A stretch of DNA of 64,000 bases from Spirochaetaceae bacterium (lineage in GTDB: Bacteria > Spirochaetota > Spirochaetia > Treponematales > Treponemataceae), in NCBI GenBank assembly GCA_017622135.1, contig JAGARR010000053.1, forward strand, positions 39,340-103,339, in the 5' to 3' direction. The translations under genes were made by a program, and so were the position numbers. The notes under the pieces were generated by a model. The model made no database searches, had not been told where the DNA came from, and was given only the letters and a program-made list of their open reading frames with translations. Positions within the stretch are counted from its first letter, which is position 1; the number at the start of each line of letters is the position of its first letter. Of the stretch, positions 55,412 to 63,987 are shown piece by piece.

Positions 55412-56901
55412 ACCCCCCCCCTGGTATCTTTAACCAAAAACTGATTTCCTGCACGGCGAATGCGTTCTTTGCCGATTTCACAGATGTTTTTAAAACCAGC
55501 TTTGTATGCTTCTGATTTTTCATTTGTTACTTCGGGAAGCTGCACCATAATGAATTTACGTTTGCCACCGTCTTCTGCGTTAAGTTGCATGACGGCATGG
55601 GCGGTTGTTGCTGAACCAGAGAAGAAATCAAAGATGATTGCATTTTCATCATGTATAGACTGAATAAGGAATTTTATTAAACTAGCCGGTTTTGGGAAGC
55701 TAAAGACTTTATTTCCAACAAGTGAATCAACTTCTTTTGAACCGTTTTCATTCATTCCTATGTCACTTGGTAAGGCAGTAGAAACACTTTTCAAAAAATT
55801 AGTTGTACCATATTTTTCAAATGCTTTTTTTCTGTCTTCGCTTTCAAATACTCTGTAGGCAGGTATAGAAATATTTAAGAAATCATAATCATCTGGAAAA
55901 ACAATTTTTCCTTTATCATAATAACTTGGAAATGTATCTTTTGTAATGGCCCATAATCGTTTTGGATTATATTTATACTCTTTTCCTGTTTTTGGATCAA
56001 TTAAATTAAAAGCAGAATTTGGACGCTGACTTTCAATTTTTTGAGTAGTTAAATCTGATAAACGCCATCTATCATTAGGATAATCTGGGCTTGAATAGTA
56101 TTTTCTTTCTACTGGCACACCTGCAAAGAATTTCTGAGATTTAGCATAAACAAGGACCCATTCAAAATCTTGTGAAATTCCGAATGGTACATCTGTTTTA
56201 GTAGTCCTTTTTCTGTAAGGTATTATTCCAGCAAAATTTACGCTTCCGAAAATCTCATTTCCAATATTAATAAGATTTTTTACTTCCTTATCATCTATAC
56301 TAATAAATATAACTCCATCGTCCGTTAATAGGTCTTTTGCGATTTTCAATCTTGGGTACATCATGTTAAGCCAGTCGGTGTGGAATCTTCCGTTACTTTC
56401 AGTGTTTGCTACAAGACGATTTCCTTCTCCATCTAGCTGCCCACTGTTTGCAATGTAATCATCTGCGTTTTGTGCAAAATCATCCTCATACACAAAGTCA
56501 TTTCCCGTGTTATAAGGTGGGTCGATGTAAATCATTTTGATTTTTCCAAGATATGTTTCCTGCAACAGTTTTAGAACTTCTAGGTTGTCGCCTTCTATGT
56601 ACAGGTTTTCTGTGGTGTCAAAGTTTACGCTTTCTTCTCGACAGGGACGAAGGGTTTTGTTTATTGGAGCATTTGCTGTAAGAATGGCTTGTTTCTTGTC
56701 TGGCCAAGTGAATTGGTAACGTTCCTCTCGACCTTCGACTACTTTGCAATTAATTTCTTGCATGAGAATATCTTTATCTATCGCACGTACTACATTTCCA
56801 TTTTCATCAGTGCTTTCTGTCACTGCATTTGGAAAAAGAACTGCCAGTTTTTCATAGTTTTCATTTGCTAAGTTTTTTGTTTGCATTTTGAGTTTATCCA
56901 T
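55387..56901 (-). CDS. mod: Type III (beta-class) N6-adenine DNA methyltransferase Mod, as read truncated at 504 aa by a frameshift in a G9 tract
   Basis: Motif IV IYIDPPYNTG precedes motif I FDFFSGSATTAHA (beta-class order). The variable TRD-like middle and the location directly upstream of res fit Mod. The ORF ends 8 codons after the homopolymer. Confidence 0.9.
   Translation of the reverse strand: MDKLKMQTKNLANENYEKLAVLFPNAVTESTDENGNVVRAIDKDILMQEINCKVVEGREERYQFTWPDKKQAILTANAPINKTLRPCREESVNFDTTENLYIEGDNLEVLKLLQETYLGKIKMIYIDPPYNTGNDFVYEDDFAQNADDYIANSGQLDGEGNRLVANTESNGRFHTDWLNMMYPRLKIAKDLLTDDGVIFISIDDKEVKNLINIGNEIFGSVNFAGIIPYRKRTTKTDVPFGISQDFEWVLVYAKSQKFFAGVPVERKYYSSPDYPNDRWRLSDLTTQKIESQRPNSAFNLIDPKTGKEYKYNPKRLWAITKDTFPSYYDKGKIVFPDDYDFLNISIPAYRVFESEDRKKAFEKYGTTNFLKSVSTALPSDIGMNENGSKEVDSLVGNKVFSFPKPASLIKFLIQSIHDENAIIFDFFSGSATTAHAVMQLNAEDGGKRKFIMVQLPEVTNEKSEAYKAGFKNICEIGKERIRRAGNQFLVKDTRGGVQAMLLVA
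55413..55421 (-). repeat. Homopolymeric G9 tract (C9 on the plus strand) inside mod; candidate slipped-strand phase-variation site
   Basis: Counted directly as tacccccccc + c. It is the only long G/C run I saw in the ~30% GC island, and it sits exactly at the frame break between the two mod ORFs. Confidence 0.85.
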
Positions 56902-56928
56902 TAGTTACTCCTTTTCTTGTGTAATGGT

Positions 56929-57003
56929 TATGTTGAAAAATTTGTTTTTTTTTCAACATAATGACCTACATATGTTGAAAAAATATAATTTTTTCAACAT
57001 ATG
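56929..57003. promoter_or_regulatory. Two adjacent AT-rich palindromes sharing the arm ATGTTGAAAAA / TTTTTCAACAT, between the fic stop and the mod start
   Basis: IR1 is TATGTTGAAAAA (56929-56940) with TTTTTCAACATA (56949-56960). IR2 is CATATGTTGAAAAAA (56969-56983) with TTTTTTCAACATATG (56989-57003). So there are four copies of one 11-mer half-site. Confidence 0.6.
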
Positions 57004-57006
57004 ATT

Positions 57007-58134
57007 CTATCCATGTAAAGTTCCCTGATTCATTAATAACTCTACCAATCTATCATTAATGTAATAATTACTTGTTCCAATCTTAATTTTCGAAAGTAAT
57101 TTTAATTCTACGATTAAGTCCAAATATTTCGATGCTGTAAAACGAGAAACATTCAAATCATTTTGAATAAATTCAATTTTTGTATAAGGATGATTAAATA
57201 AATTATTTAGTAATTCATGATTATATTTTGTTCCAAAAGCATCTCTTATTTTTCCTTTATATTCATCCATCAAAAATTTAATTTGTTGAACTAATTCAAC
57301 AGTTTGCTTAGCCGTTTCTTCAATCCCTTTCAATATAAAAAACACCCAATTTTCCCAATCAGCATTGTTATTACCAGAATTATCCCTTATCTTTTGAATT
57401 AGTGAATAATATTCAATTTTATTATGTGTAATGTATCTACTTAAATATAAAATTGGCAAATCTAATAAATCATTTACTACAAGATATAAAACTGAAATAA
57501 TTCTTCCTGTCCTTCCGTTTCCGTCATAAAATGGATGAATACTTTCAAATTGATGATGAATTATTGCAAGCTTAACAAGCGGATCAAGTTCCGATAAAGA
57601 TGAATCATTTATAAACTTTTCCAAATTTCCCATGTATTTTTCAATTTCCTGTAGAGTTTGAGGTGGCGTATACACCGTTTCACCCACATTATTTTCAAGA
57701 TGTGTGCCCGGTAAGGTTCTAAAACCAGCTTTATTTTGCTCCAGTTCTTGTTGTATTTCTTTTATGATACTATTTGTTAGAAGTTTAGCTTTTCTTACTT
57801 TTGAAAAACCTAATTGCATGGCTTGTCTATATCTCAATACTTCTTTTGCAGCAATTCGTTTAGCAGTTTGCTCTATTTCTTTCATATTTAAATCTGTTTT
57901 AAACAAATCATCTTGAGTAGTAACTATATTTTCAATTTCGGAACTATCTTTTGCTTCTTGCAAAATAAGTGTATTTAATAAAATTTGTTCATTAGGAATT
58001 GTTTTTGCAACTCCTTTCAATTCTGCTAAAGCACGAGAAGCCAAATTTTGTTGTTTTAGAATCTTTTTAGTTTCTAAATCTATGTTTAGCGGAAGAACAG
58101 GAATTTCATACAGACCTGTATTAATGTTTGTCAT
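57007..58134 (-). CDS. fic: Fic family protein (AMPylase-type; N-terminal inhibitory motif and C-terminal wHTH-like domain)
   Basis: 375 aa. Canonical Fic motif HPFYDGNGRTGR and upstream SSEIEN, which matches the (S/T)xxxE(G/N) auto-inhibition motif. Confidence 0.9.
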   Translation of the reverse strand: MTNINTGLYEIPVLPLNIDLETKKILKQQNLASRALAELKGVAKTIPNEQILLNTLILQEAKDSSEIENIVTTQDDLFKTDLNMKEIEQTAKRIAAKEVLRYRQAMQLGFSKVRKAKLLTNSIIKEIQQELEQNKAGFRTLPGTHLENNVGETVYTPPQTLQEIEKYMGNLEKFINDSSLSELDPLVKLAIIHHQFESIHPFYDGNGRTGRIISVLYLVVNDLLDLPILYLSRYITHNKIEYYSLIQKIRDNSGNNNADWENWVFFILKGIEETAKQTVELVQQIKFLMDEYKGKIRDAFGTKYNHELLNNLFNHPYTKIEFIQNDLNVSRFTASKYLDLIVELKLLSKIKIGTSNYYINDRLVELLMNQGTLHG

Positions 58135-58255
58135 TACAATACCTTCCTCAATCTAAGATATTTTCATCTATTTTGTTTAGTGAGTGCATTTTTAGGTGTG
58201 TCATGGGAGAGCTCCTTATCAGTTTCTATTTTCATCATCATATAGTCCACTTACT

Positions 58256-58264
58256 ATTCTACCA
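58256..58264 (-). promoter_or_regulatory. Extended -10 promoter candidate (TGGTAGAAT) upstream of fic
   Basis: Minus strand TGGTAGAAT, immediately after the stop of the TOPRIM-like gene and about 120 nt before the fic ATG. Confidence 0.35.
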
Positions 58265-58270
58265 TGTTTC

Positions 58271-59011
58271 TTATAACTTCTTTAGTTCTTTAAACACTTC
58301 TCGTATATTTTCATATTCTTCCCAAGGTATTTGGGTTAAAATCTTATATCGTTGACGAAAATGATTTTTAGTTGGTTCAATACGAATCGCAAAATAAGCA
58401 TATAATTTTGCTTTTGTTACAAATCCCCTATGAGTAAGATATTTTTTTTCAGGATCTGCACTATCAACAAATTCTTTTGCTTTTCTTATGATTTCAGCGT
58501 CATAAGAATCTGCTTTAGAAACAGAGTCCAACAAAAAAGTTTCTAAAGCACCATTCTCATTAAATGGAATTATTAGAAGCAATAATTCACAATTAAATTG
58601 ATTTTGAGAGGCATCTTTAAAAGTTAATGATGTCCAATTGTTATTACTACTTATCGGAATATTATTTTTTACAGAATCATTTAATTCAGATACAATTCTT
58701 GTTTCAACACAGTCATCATCATTATCTGTAAGAACGACAATCTTTGTATATCGCTCACTATCTTCTATTTCATTTTCATTTTTACGAATTACTTCTTCAA
58801 AAACAGTTTTTATATTTCCACATCCACCACAAGAAATAATTGTAAGCATATTAGAATCTTTAAAAAAATCACGACTTAGCGAATTGTGAACATGTGAGTT
58901 AAAGGAAGGATTGGAATTTTGTTTCGAATCTTTCCATCCATTGACTTTAATCATAAAGTGCTGAAGAAAAACAAAATCTGTTTCTCCTTCACAAATAATT
59001 ATTGATTTCAT
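58271..59011 (-). CDS. TOPRIM-type / RloB(AbiLii)- or AriB-like protein, partner of the upstream ATPase
   Basis: 246 aa. The N-terminal IIICEGETDFVFL (conserved Glu) and VVLTDNDDD (DxD) form a TOPRIM-like pair. The start overlaps the ATPase stop (TAATG). Confidence 0.65.
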   Translation of the reverse strand: MKSIIICEGETDFVFLQHFMIKVNGWKDSKQNSNPSFNSHVHNSLSRDFFKDSNMLTIISCGGCGNIKTVFEEVIRKNENEIEDSERYTKIVVLTDNDDDCVETRIVSELNDSVKNNIPISSNNNWTSLTFKDASQNQFNCELLLLIIPFNENGALETFLLDSVSKADSYDAEIIRKAKEFVDSADPEKKYLTHRGFVTKAKLYAYFAIRIEPTKNHFRQRYKILTQIPWEEYENIREVFKELKKL

Positions 59012-60126
59012 TATCTGAGCTCCTGATTAAAGTTATAATCTGCCTCTATTGCTCTTTCTGCACTCAGTTTTCTTGCAATATTTTTTCCATTTTTTTTGTA
59101 TAGAGTAAAAAGAGTAATATCACCTTTTAATTCAATATCTGAATTGAGTGCAAGAATTTTTTGTAAAGCTTCTTTACTATGAGTGGTCAAAAAAAGTTGA
59201 ATATTAAGTTTCTTACAAGTCTTTAGAATCCACTCATAAATTTTTGTCATTGCTGAGGTGTGAATCGCAGTCTCAAACTCATCAATCAATAAGACTCCAT
59301 TTTTTACATGAAGAATAGCAGTGGCTAGTTGTATAACTTTTTTTAATCCATCACCATACACAGTAAGAGGAAGTAATTTTCCCATAGATTTTGAACGAAT
59401 TTGATAACTGTTTTTTAGTGGAAATGGAATATCATATTCTCTAATAGTTGGAACAATATCTAGAATATCTTCATCAAAAAGTCGTAAAACAGATAGAAAT
59501 TCCTCTTGTTTTTCATTTTCTTTTAATATCTTAGTTATCTCAGTATCATAGTCTTCAGTATATACACAGGGTGGAATATACACTATTTCATATTGGGTAT
59601 AAGGTTTTCTAATATTTTCTACGAAACCATCAAAGCGAGTTACATTAAAAACACCAAACCCATCAACAAGCTTTTCGTTGTAAAAAAAATCAGTATGCAA
59701 TTCTACCAGCTCTGCTTCAGAAAATTCTTCTTCAGGACTACAGCCAATGTGAGCCTCTTCACAGTATTCCCTTTTAAATACTTTGTTTTTACTGATAGAA
59801 CCTTTTAATTCTACAGACGAAACGCCATTTTTGTCATCTTCTTTTTTATATGCTATACGCATTTCACTTTCAGCAATCGAATATAAATTTTTTATCGACT
59901 CAAAAACAGTTTGAGAAGGGTTGGGGTATTTTGTAGTTCTGCCTAATCGACTCCAAACTACAGGTGAACAAGGATTGCCTACCGTTTGGAGCACTTCAAG
60001 AACACTGGTCTTTCCACAATTATTGTCACCAGTAAAAATATTGACCCCAGTGAAGCTTTCTAAATGAAGATTATGTATACCTCTATACGTTTCAATGTTC
60101 AATGACTTGACGTGAATATTTCCCAT
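59011..60126 (-). CDS. ABC-type AAA ATPase (AAA_21-like; AbiLi/RloA- or AriA-like)
   Basis: 371 aa. Walker A GDNNCGKTS, Walker B LLIDEFETAIH, and LTTHS (H-loop). Confidence 0.8.
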   Translation of the reverse strand: MGNIHVKSLNIETYRGIHNLHLESFTGVNIFTGDNNCGKTSVLEVLQTVGNPCSPVVWSRLGRTTKYPNPSQTVFESIKNLYSIAESEMRIAYKKEDDKNGVSSVELKGSISKNKVFKREYCEEAHIGCSPEEEFSEAELVELHTDFFYNEKLVDGFGVFNVTRFDGFVENIRKPYTQYEIVYIPPCVYTEDYDTEITKILKENEKQEEFLSVLRLFDEDILDIVPTIREYDIPFPLKNSYQIRSKSMGKLLPLTVYGDGLKKVIQLATAILHVKNGVLLIDEFETAIHTSAMTKIYEWILKTCKKLNIQLFLTTHSKEALQKILALNSDIELKGDITLFTLYKKNGKNIARKLSAERAIEADYNFNQELR

Positions 60127-60164
60127 ATTTCACCACACCTCTTCTACAAGTATAAAGCCACCCC

Positions 60165-60173
60165 ATTCTATCA
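60165..60173 (-). promoter_or_regulatory. Extended -10 promoter candidate (TGATAGAAT) upstream of the ATPase gene
   Basis: Minus strand TGATAGAAT, 38 nt before ATG 60126, with AGGTG as SD in between. Confidence 0.35.
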
Positions 60174-60197
60174 TATCCGTAGCTTTTCTTCTATCTT

Positions 60198-60806
60198 TCA
60201 TAAACCATTCAACTCATCTTCCAAGTTTCGCTTCTGACTGACAAGTTCAAACTTCTTCTTTGGCTGGATTTCTTTCCTTGCAAGTTTTTCAAGTTTAGCT
60301 ATCTCTTTCTGAAGCTTTTCTTTTTTTTCTTTTAATTCTATGTTTTCAGAAAGAGAAAGATTTGAATCCCATTCTCCACCTTCTATTTTTTTAATGATAT
60401 TTTCCCACACTTCATCAAAGGTAAGCCCCTGTAATTCAAGCTGAACTTGTGCTTCAGGTATCCAGGCTGTGGTAAACATTCTTTCACAAAATACAGCCAG
60501 CTGGATTTCTTCTTCAAACTGAAGTGCAAACACAAGATTTTGTGGTATCAGCTTTGCAATTCTTTCTATATTCTTGTAATCAATGATTTTTTTCTTTAGC
60601 CTTACACTAAGAACATAAAAACTTTTTACCTTGGAACCTACTCTAATTGCAGGAATTGTTCTGCTACTAATCTCGTTCACAATATCTATCCTGCTAATAT
60701 CCAAGTCAAATTTCGTTTGTTGTGCATTATTCAACTGAAACTTTTTATAAATCTGAGACTTTGGTAAGTTTTTTTGCAATTGAGTGATTTCTGGAAGATT
60801 AAGCAT
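60198..60806 (-). CDS. DUF4391-like protein (assignment from memory of the family pattern; needs HMM confirmation)
   Basis: 202 aa. LPKSQIYKKF..., IDIVNEIS..., VLSVRLKKK..., ERIAKLIPQNLVFALQF..., LELQGLTFDEVWENIIKKIEG, then a Lys/Glu-rich coiled tail. 8-nt overlap with the helicase gene. Confidence 0.6.
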   Translation of the reverse strand: MLNLPEITQLQKNLPKSQIYKKFQLNNAQQTKFDLDISRIDIVNEISSRTIPAIRVGSKVKSFYVLSVRLKKKIIDYKNIERIAKLIPQNLVFALQFEEEIQLAVFCERMFTTAWIPEAQVQLELQGLTFDEVWENIIKKIEGGEWDSNLSLSENIELKEKKEKLQKEIAKLEKLARKEIQPKKKFELVSQKRNLEDELNGL

Positions 60807-63800
60807 ATGTACCCTCTTTTATAACTAAAAAGCAAATAAGTTCAAAGTCATCTAAACCATTAATTTGTCCATGTTTAAAATCAACAGAATCACCACTTAA
60901 GAATAAATCCATATCACTTTCGTCTTTAACTTCTATAATTGAGGCAATTGAATCACCCAAAAGCTTGTTGAAGAATTTCATGTTACGGCCATCCTTTGTC
61001 TGTTCATTAAATTGTTTGTACACTTCTACAATAGGTTCATCTTGACCCTTGCACAGTAACCTCATTTTATCTAACATATTTTTGGGATTTAAATGATTAC
61101 ACACCACAGTACCATCTTCTGCAATATAAACCATGTAAAATGGGTGTAGGCAATTTTGATTATCAATGTTTACATTATTGTTTCTATTTTTAAGAATATA
61201 AATAACACCAGAAGGACAATCTTCTGAGGCCTTTACAACTGCATGAAGTCCAAAAGGAGTGGCATCTAAATAACCATTATCTTTAACGTATTCTAACAAA
61301 TCTAAGCGAAACTCATTTAAACCTAAGTCCATAATACTGATTCCAGTATTCATTTCTTCAATATCCACCACTTCCTCTTTTAATTTTTGTAATTGAGCCT
61401 TTCTGTACTCCAGATCCTTTTGGTTATCATCCAAAAGATTGTCGTCTGCTGTAGCAGTCATATCCACAATCTTCATACGAGTTTCTACTCGGTTTTTAAG
61501 ATTTATATATTCATCTAAAGTTAAATCTGGCCAGAAATTTACCAGCTGAATTACATTATTTTTACTACCAATTCGGTCAATACGACCAAATCTCTGAATA
61601 ATACGAACAGGATTCCAATGAATGTCGTAATTAACGAGATAGTCACAGTCCTGCAAATTTTGGCCTTCCGAAATACAATCCGTGGCAATAAGTACATCAA
61701 TACTTCTTTCATCTCCAGGATAAATTACATCCTTATCTTTTGACATTGGAGAAAAATACGTCAAAACAGCATTCAAATCACATTTAAACTTTTCCAAGGT
61801 AGTTTTTCCTTCAGAAGTTCCACTTATTTTTGCTGAATTGAGAGAGTATTTTTCCTTTACATATACGCTCACTTGCTCATAAAGATAATCTGCCGTATCA
61901 GCAAATGCTGAAAAAACTATAATTTTCTTATTGTCTGAATTGATAGGTTTTTCTATTTTACCACTTATTATTTCCAGCAATTTTTGCAATTTTGAATCCT
62001 TTGCTGGAGTTATATCTTCAATGAGGCTTTCTAAGCCTGATAAAATATTTGCGTCATTCGTTAAATCATTAAGCCATGAAATATAATCCATGTCCTTCAG
62101 ATCTATTTTGACTTTCTTGCCAATGGTAAAAATATCACAGGTATTCTGATCATCAAAATCATAGTCCCTGTCAAAAGACATATCTTGAATAGCAATCTCT
62201 GAAGTTGAATCATGAGAATGAAAATTGTTCACCATTTCAATCGTGTGTTGTACATATTCTTTTACCCGTTGAATAGTTAAACGAAAAGAATAAACAGAGC
62301 TTTCCAAACGCTTTAGTAGATTTATCGCCATCAACCGACGGACTCCTAATTCTCGTCCCATTTGGTCAAAACCACCAGCATCATCAATTTCATACTTCGC
62401 CCTTTTACTTGGATGAATAAACAATGAGGGAACATACACTGTCAGTTTTAATTTTTCTAACTCTTCAAAAATCAAGTTAAATGTTGTTTCATTTTCCCGC
62501 TCTGTCAGTGGTGTATGTATAGAAATCGGCTTCAATCTTTTAGGAAATGTCCCAATGTCTTTTGTATCATAATATTTTTGAATATGCTTTCTTGAACGAG
62601 CTATAGTAACACTATCAAGCACTTCAAAAAAATCAAAACTAAGCATTGCCAAAAGATTTTCTGTTGTTCGATCTGCTGTTACCAACTGGCTCCATTTATT
62701 AAATGCAACTTGAGCTTGGCGGAATATATCATCAATAGATTTTTTTGTTTTTAATTGTGAGTCAATATTTTCTACGACTCCTTCATAGGCTAATGCAAGT
62801 TGATTTTTTAAATCGATAAATCGGTTATTGACTGGAGTTGCAGAAAGCATAAGTACTTTTGTTTTCACCCCCTGCTTAATAACCTTGTTCATCAACTGCA
62901 TATATCTATTTTCTTTTGTATTTGAATGAGTTCCAATACCATTCCTGAAATTGTGAGATTCATCGATAACAACTAAATCATAATTTTCCCAATTTATAAA
63001 AGCTAAGTCATTTCCATTAGAGTATCCAGAAGTTCTATTTAAATCTGTGTGAAATAACACATCATATCGCAATCTGTCGTCTGAAATGGGATTGTTCTTG
63101 TAATTGTTTTTATAGATATTCCAGTTATTCGAAAGTTTTTTGGGGCAAAGAACAAGTACCCTATTATTACGGCTTTCGTAGTATTTTATGACAGCAAGTG
63201 CAGTGAATGTTTTTCCAAGTCCCACACTATCAGCAAGAATGCAACCATTATATTTTTCTAGCTTATTAATAATTGCTAAACAGGCATCTTGTTGAAAATT
63301 ATACAATTTTGACCATACTTTGCTGTTTCTAAAACCTGTATCTTCTTTTGGTAGTACATCTTCATTTATATCATCTAAAAATTCTTTGAAAATATTATAG
63401 AGCGTTACAAAATAAATAAATTCTGGTGCATTTTCATTATATGCAGATGCGATATTCTCTATTACTTGTTCAGTAACATCCTGCATAATAGTTTTGTTCT
63501 CCCAGAACTGTTCAAATAACTGTAAAAAACTAAGACTCATAGGAGCTTTCATTTTGGTAATTGCAAAAGCTGCATTGTTACCTTTTTCTACTCCAAGTTC
63601 AACGGCAGTGAATTCTTTTACTGGATTATAGCTTACCTCATCAACATTAATAAAACTTGGCATAGCCTGTTGTGTCACATTTGACTTGAAAATTGCCTTT
63701 TCTTTGATCCATTGTGCACATTCTTTTGCAATAGCTTTTTGACTTAACTCATTCCTTAATTTAACTTCAAATTCTGTTCCATACAAACTTCTTTCTCTAT

Positions 63801-63987
63801 TTAGACGTGGAATATAAAACTCTCGTTTTTCTTTCTTTACTTTTTCAGCAAGAAATGTGGGGGAAGTAAAGATGAAACGGAACTCGTCAATATTCTTAAG
63901 TTCATTTTGTAACTCTTGATATGCATAAATAGAAAAACAAGCAGCTGCAATGGACACTTTACTACTAGGCCTTAATTCTTCTTTCAT
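60799..63987 (-). CDS. SNF2/Rad54-family helicase (DEAD-like N lobe + HELICc), with an N-terminal extra domain; the 5' end is probably beyond the window
   Basis: Motifs ILADSVGLGKTFTA (I), VVIDESHNFRN (II), MLSATPVNN (III) and ATDCISEGQNLQDCDYLVNYDIHWNPVRIIQRFGRIDRIGS (V-VI). The frame stays open upstream of ATG 63987 to the window edge. Confidence 0.9.
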   Translation of the reverse strand: MKEELRPSSKVSIAAACFSIYAYQELQNELKNIDEFRFIFTSPTFLAEKVKKEKREFYIPRLNRERSLYGTEFEVKLRNELSQKAIAKECAQWIKEKAIFKSNVTQQAMPSFINVDEVSYNPVKEFTAVELGVEKGNNAAFAITKMKAPMSLSFLQLFEQFWENKTIMQDVTEQVIENIASAYNENAPEFIYFVTLYNIFKEFLDDINEDVLPKEDTGFRNSKVWSKLYNFQQDACLAIINKLEKYNGCILADSVGLGKTFTALAVIKYYESRNNRVLVLCPKKLSNNWNIYKNNYKNNPISDDRLRYDVLFHTDLNRTSGYSNGNDLAFINWENYDLVVIDESHNFRNGIGTHSNTKENRYMQLMNKVIKQGVKTKVLMLSATPVNNRFIDLKNQLALAYEGVVENIDSQLKTKKSIDDIFRQAQVAFNKWSQLVTADRTTENLLAMLSFDFFEVLDSVTIARSRKHIQKYYDTKDIGTFPKRLKPISIHTPLTERENETTFNLIFEELEKLKLTVYVPSLFIHPSKRAKYEIDDAGGFDQMGRELGVRRLMAINLLKRLESSVYSFRLTIQRVKEYVQHTIEMVNNFHSHDSTSEIAIQDMSFDRDYDFDDQNTCDIFTIGKKVKIDLKDMDYISWLNDLTNDANILSGLESLIEDITPAKDSKLQKLLEIISGKIEKPINSDNKKIIVFSAFADTADYLYEQVSVYVKEKYSLNSAKISGTSEGKTTLEKFKCDLNAVLTYFSPMSKDKDVIYPGDERSIDVLIATDCISEGQNLQDCDYLVNYDIHWNPVRIIQRFGRIDRIGSKNNVIQLVNFWPDLTLDEYINLKNRVETRMKIVDMTATADDNLLDDNQKDLEYRKAQLQKLKEEVVDIEEMNTGISIMDLGLNEFRLDLLEYVKDNGYLDATPFGLHAVVKASEDCPSGVIYILKNRNNNVNIDNQNCLHPFYMVYIAEDGTVVCNHLNPKNMLDKMRLLCKGQDEPIVEVYKQFNEQTKDGRNMKFFNKLLGDSIASIIEVKDESDMDLFLSGDSVDFKHGQINGLDDFELICFLVIKEGTYA

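Noticed and set aside
58165-58242. 25-codon ORF (MMMKIETDKELSHDTPKNALTKQNR) upstream of fic, considered as a FicA-like antitoxin.
   Set aside because: It has no (S/T)xxxE(G/N) inhibitory motif. The Fic protein carries that motif internally (SSEIEN), so no separate antitoxin is needed.
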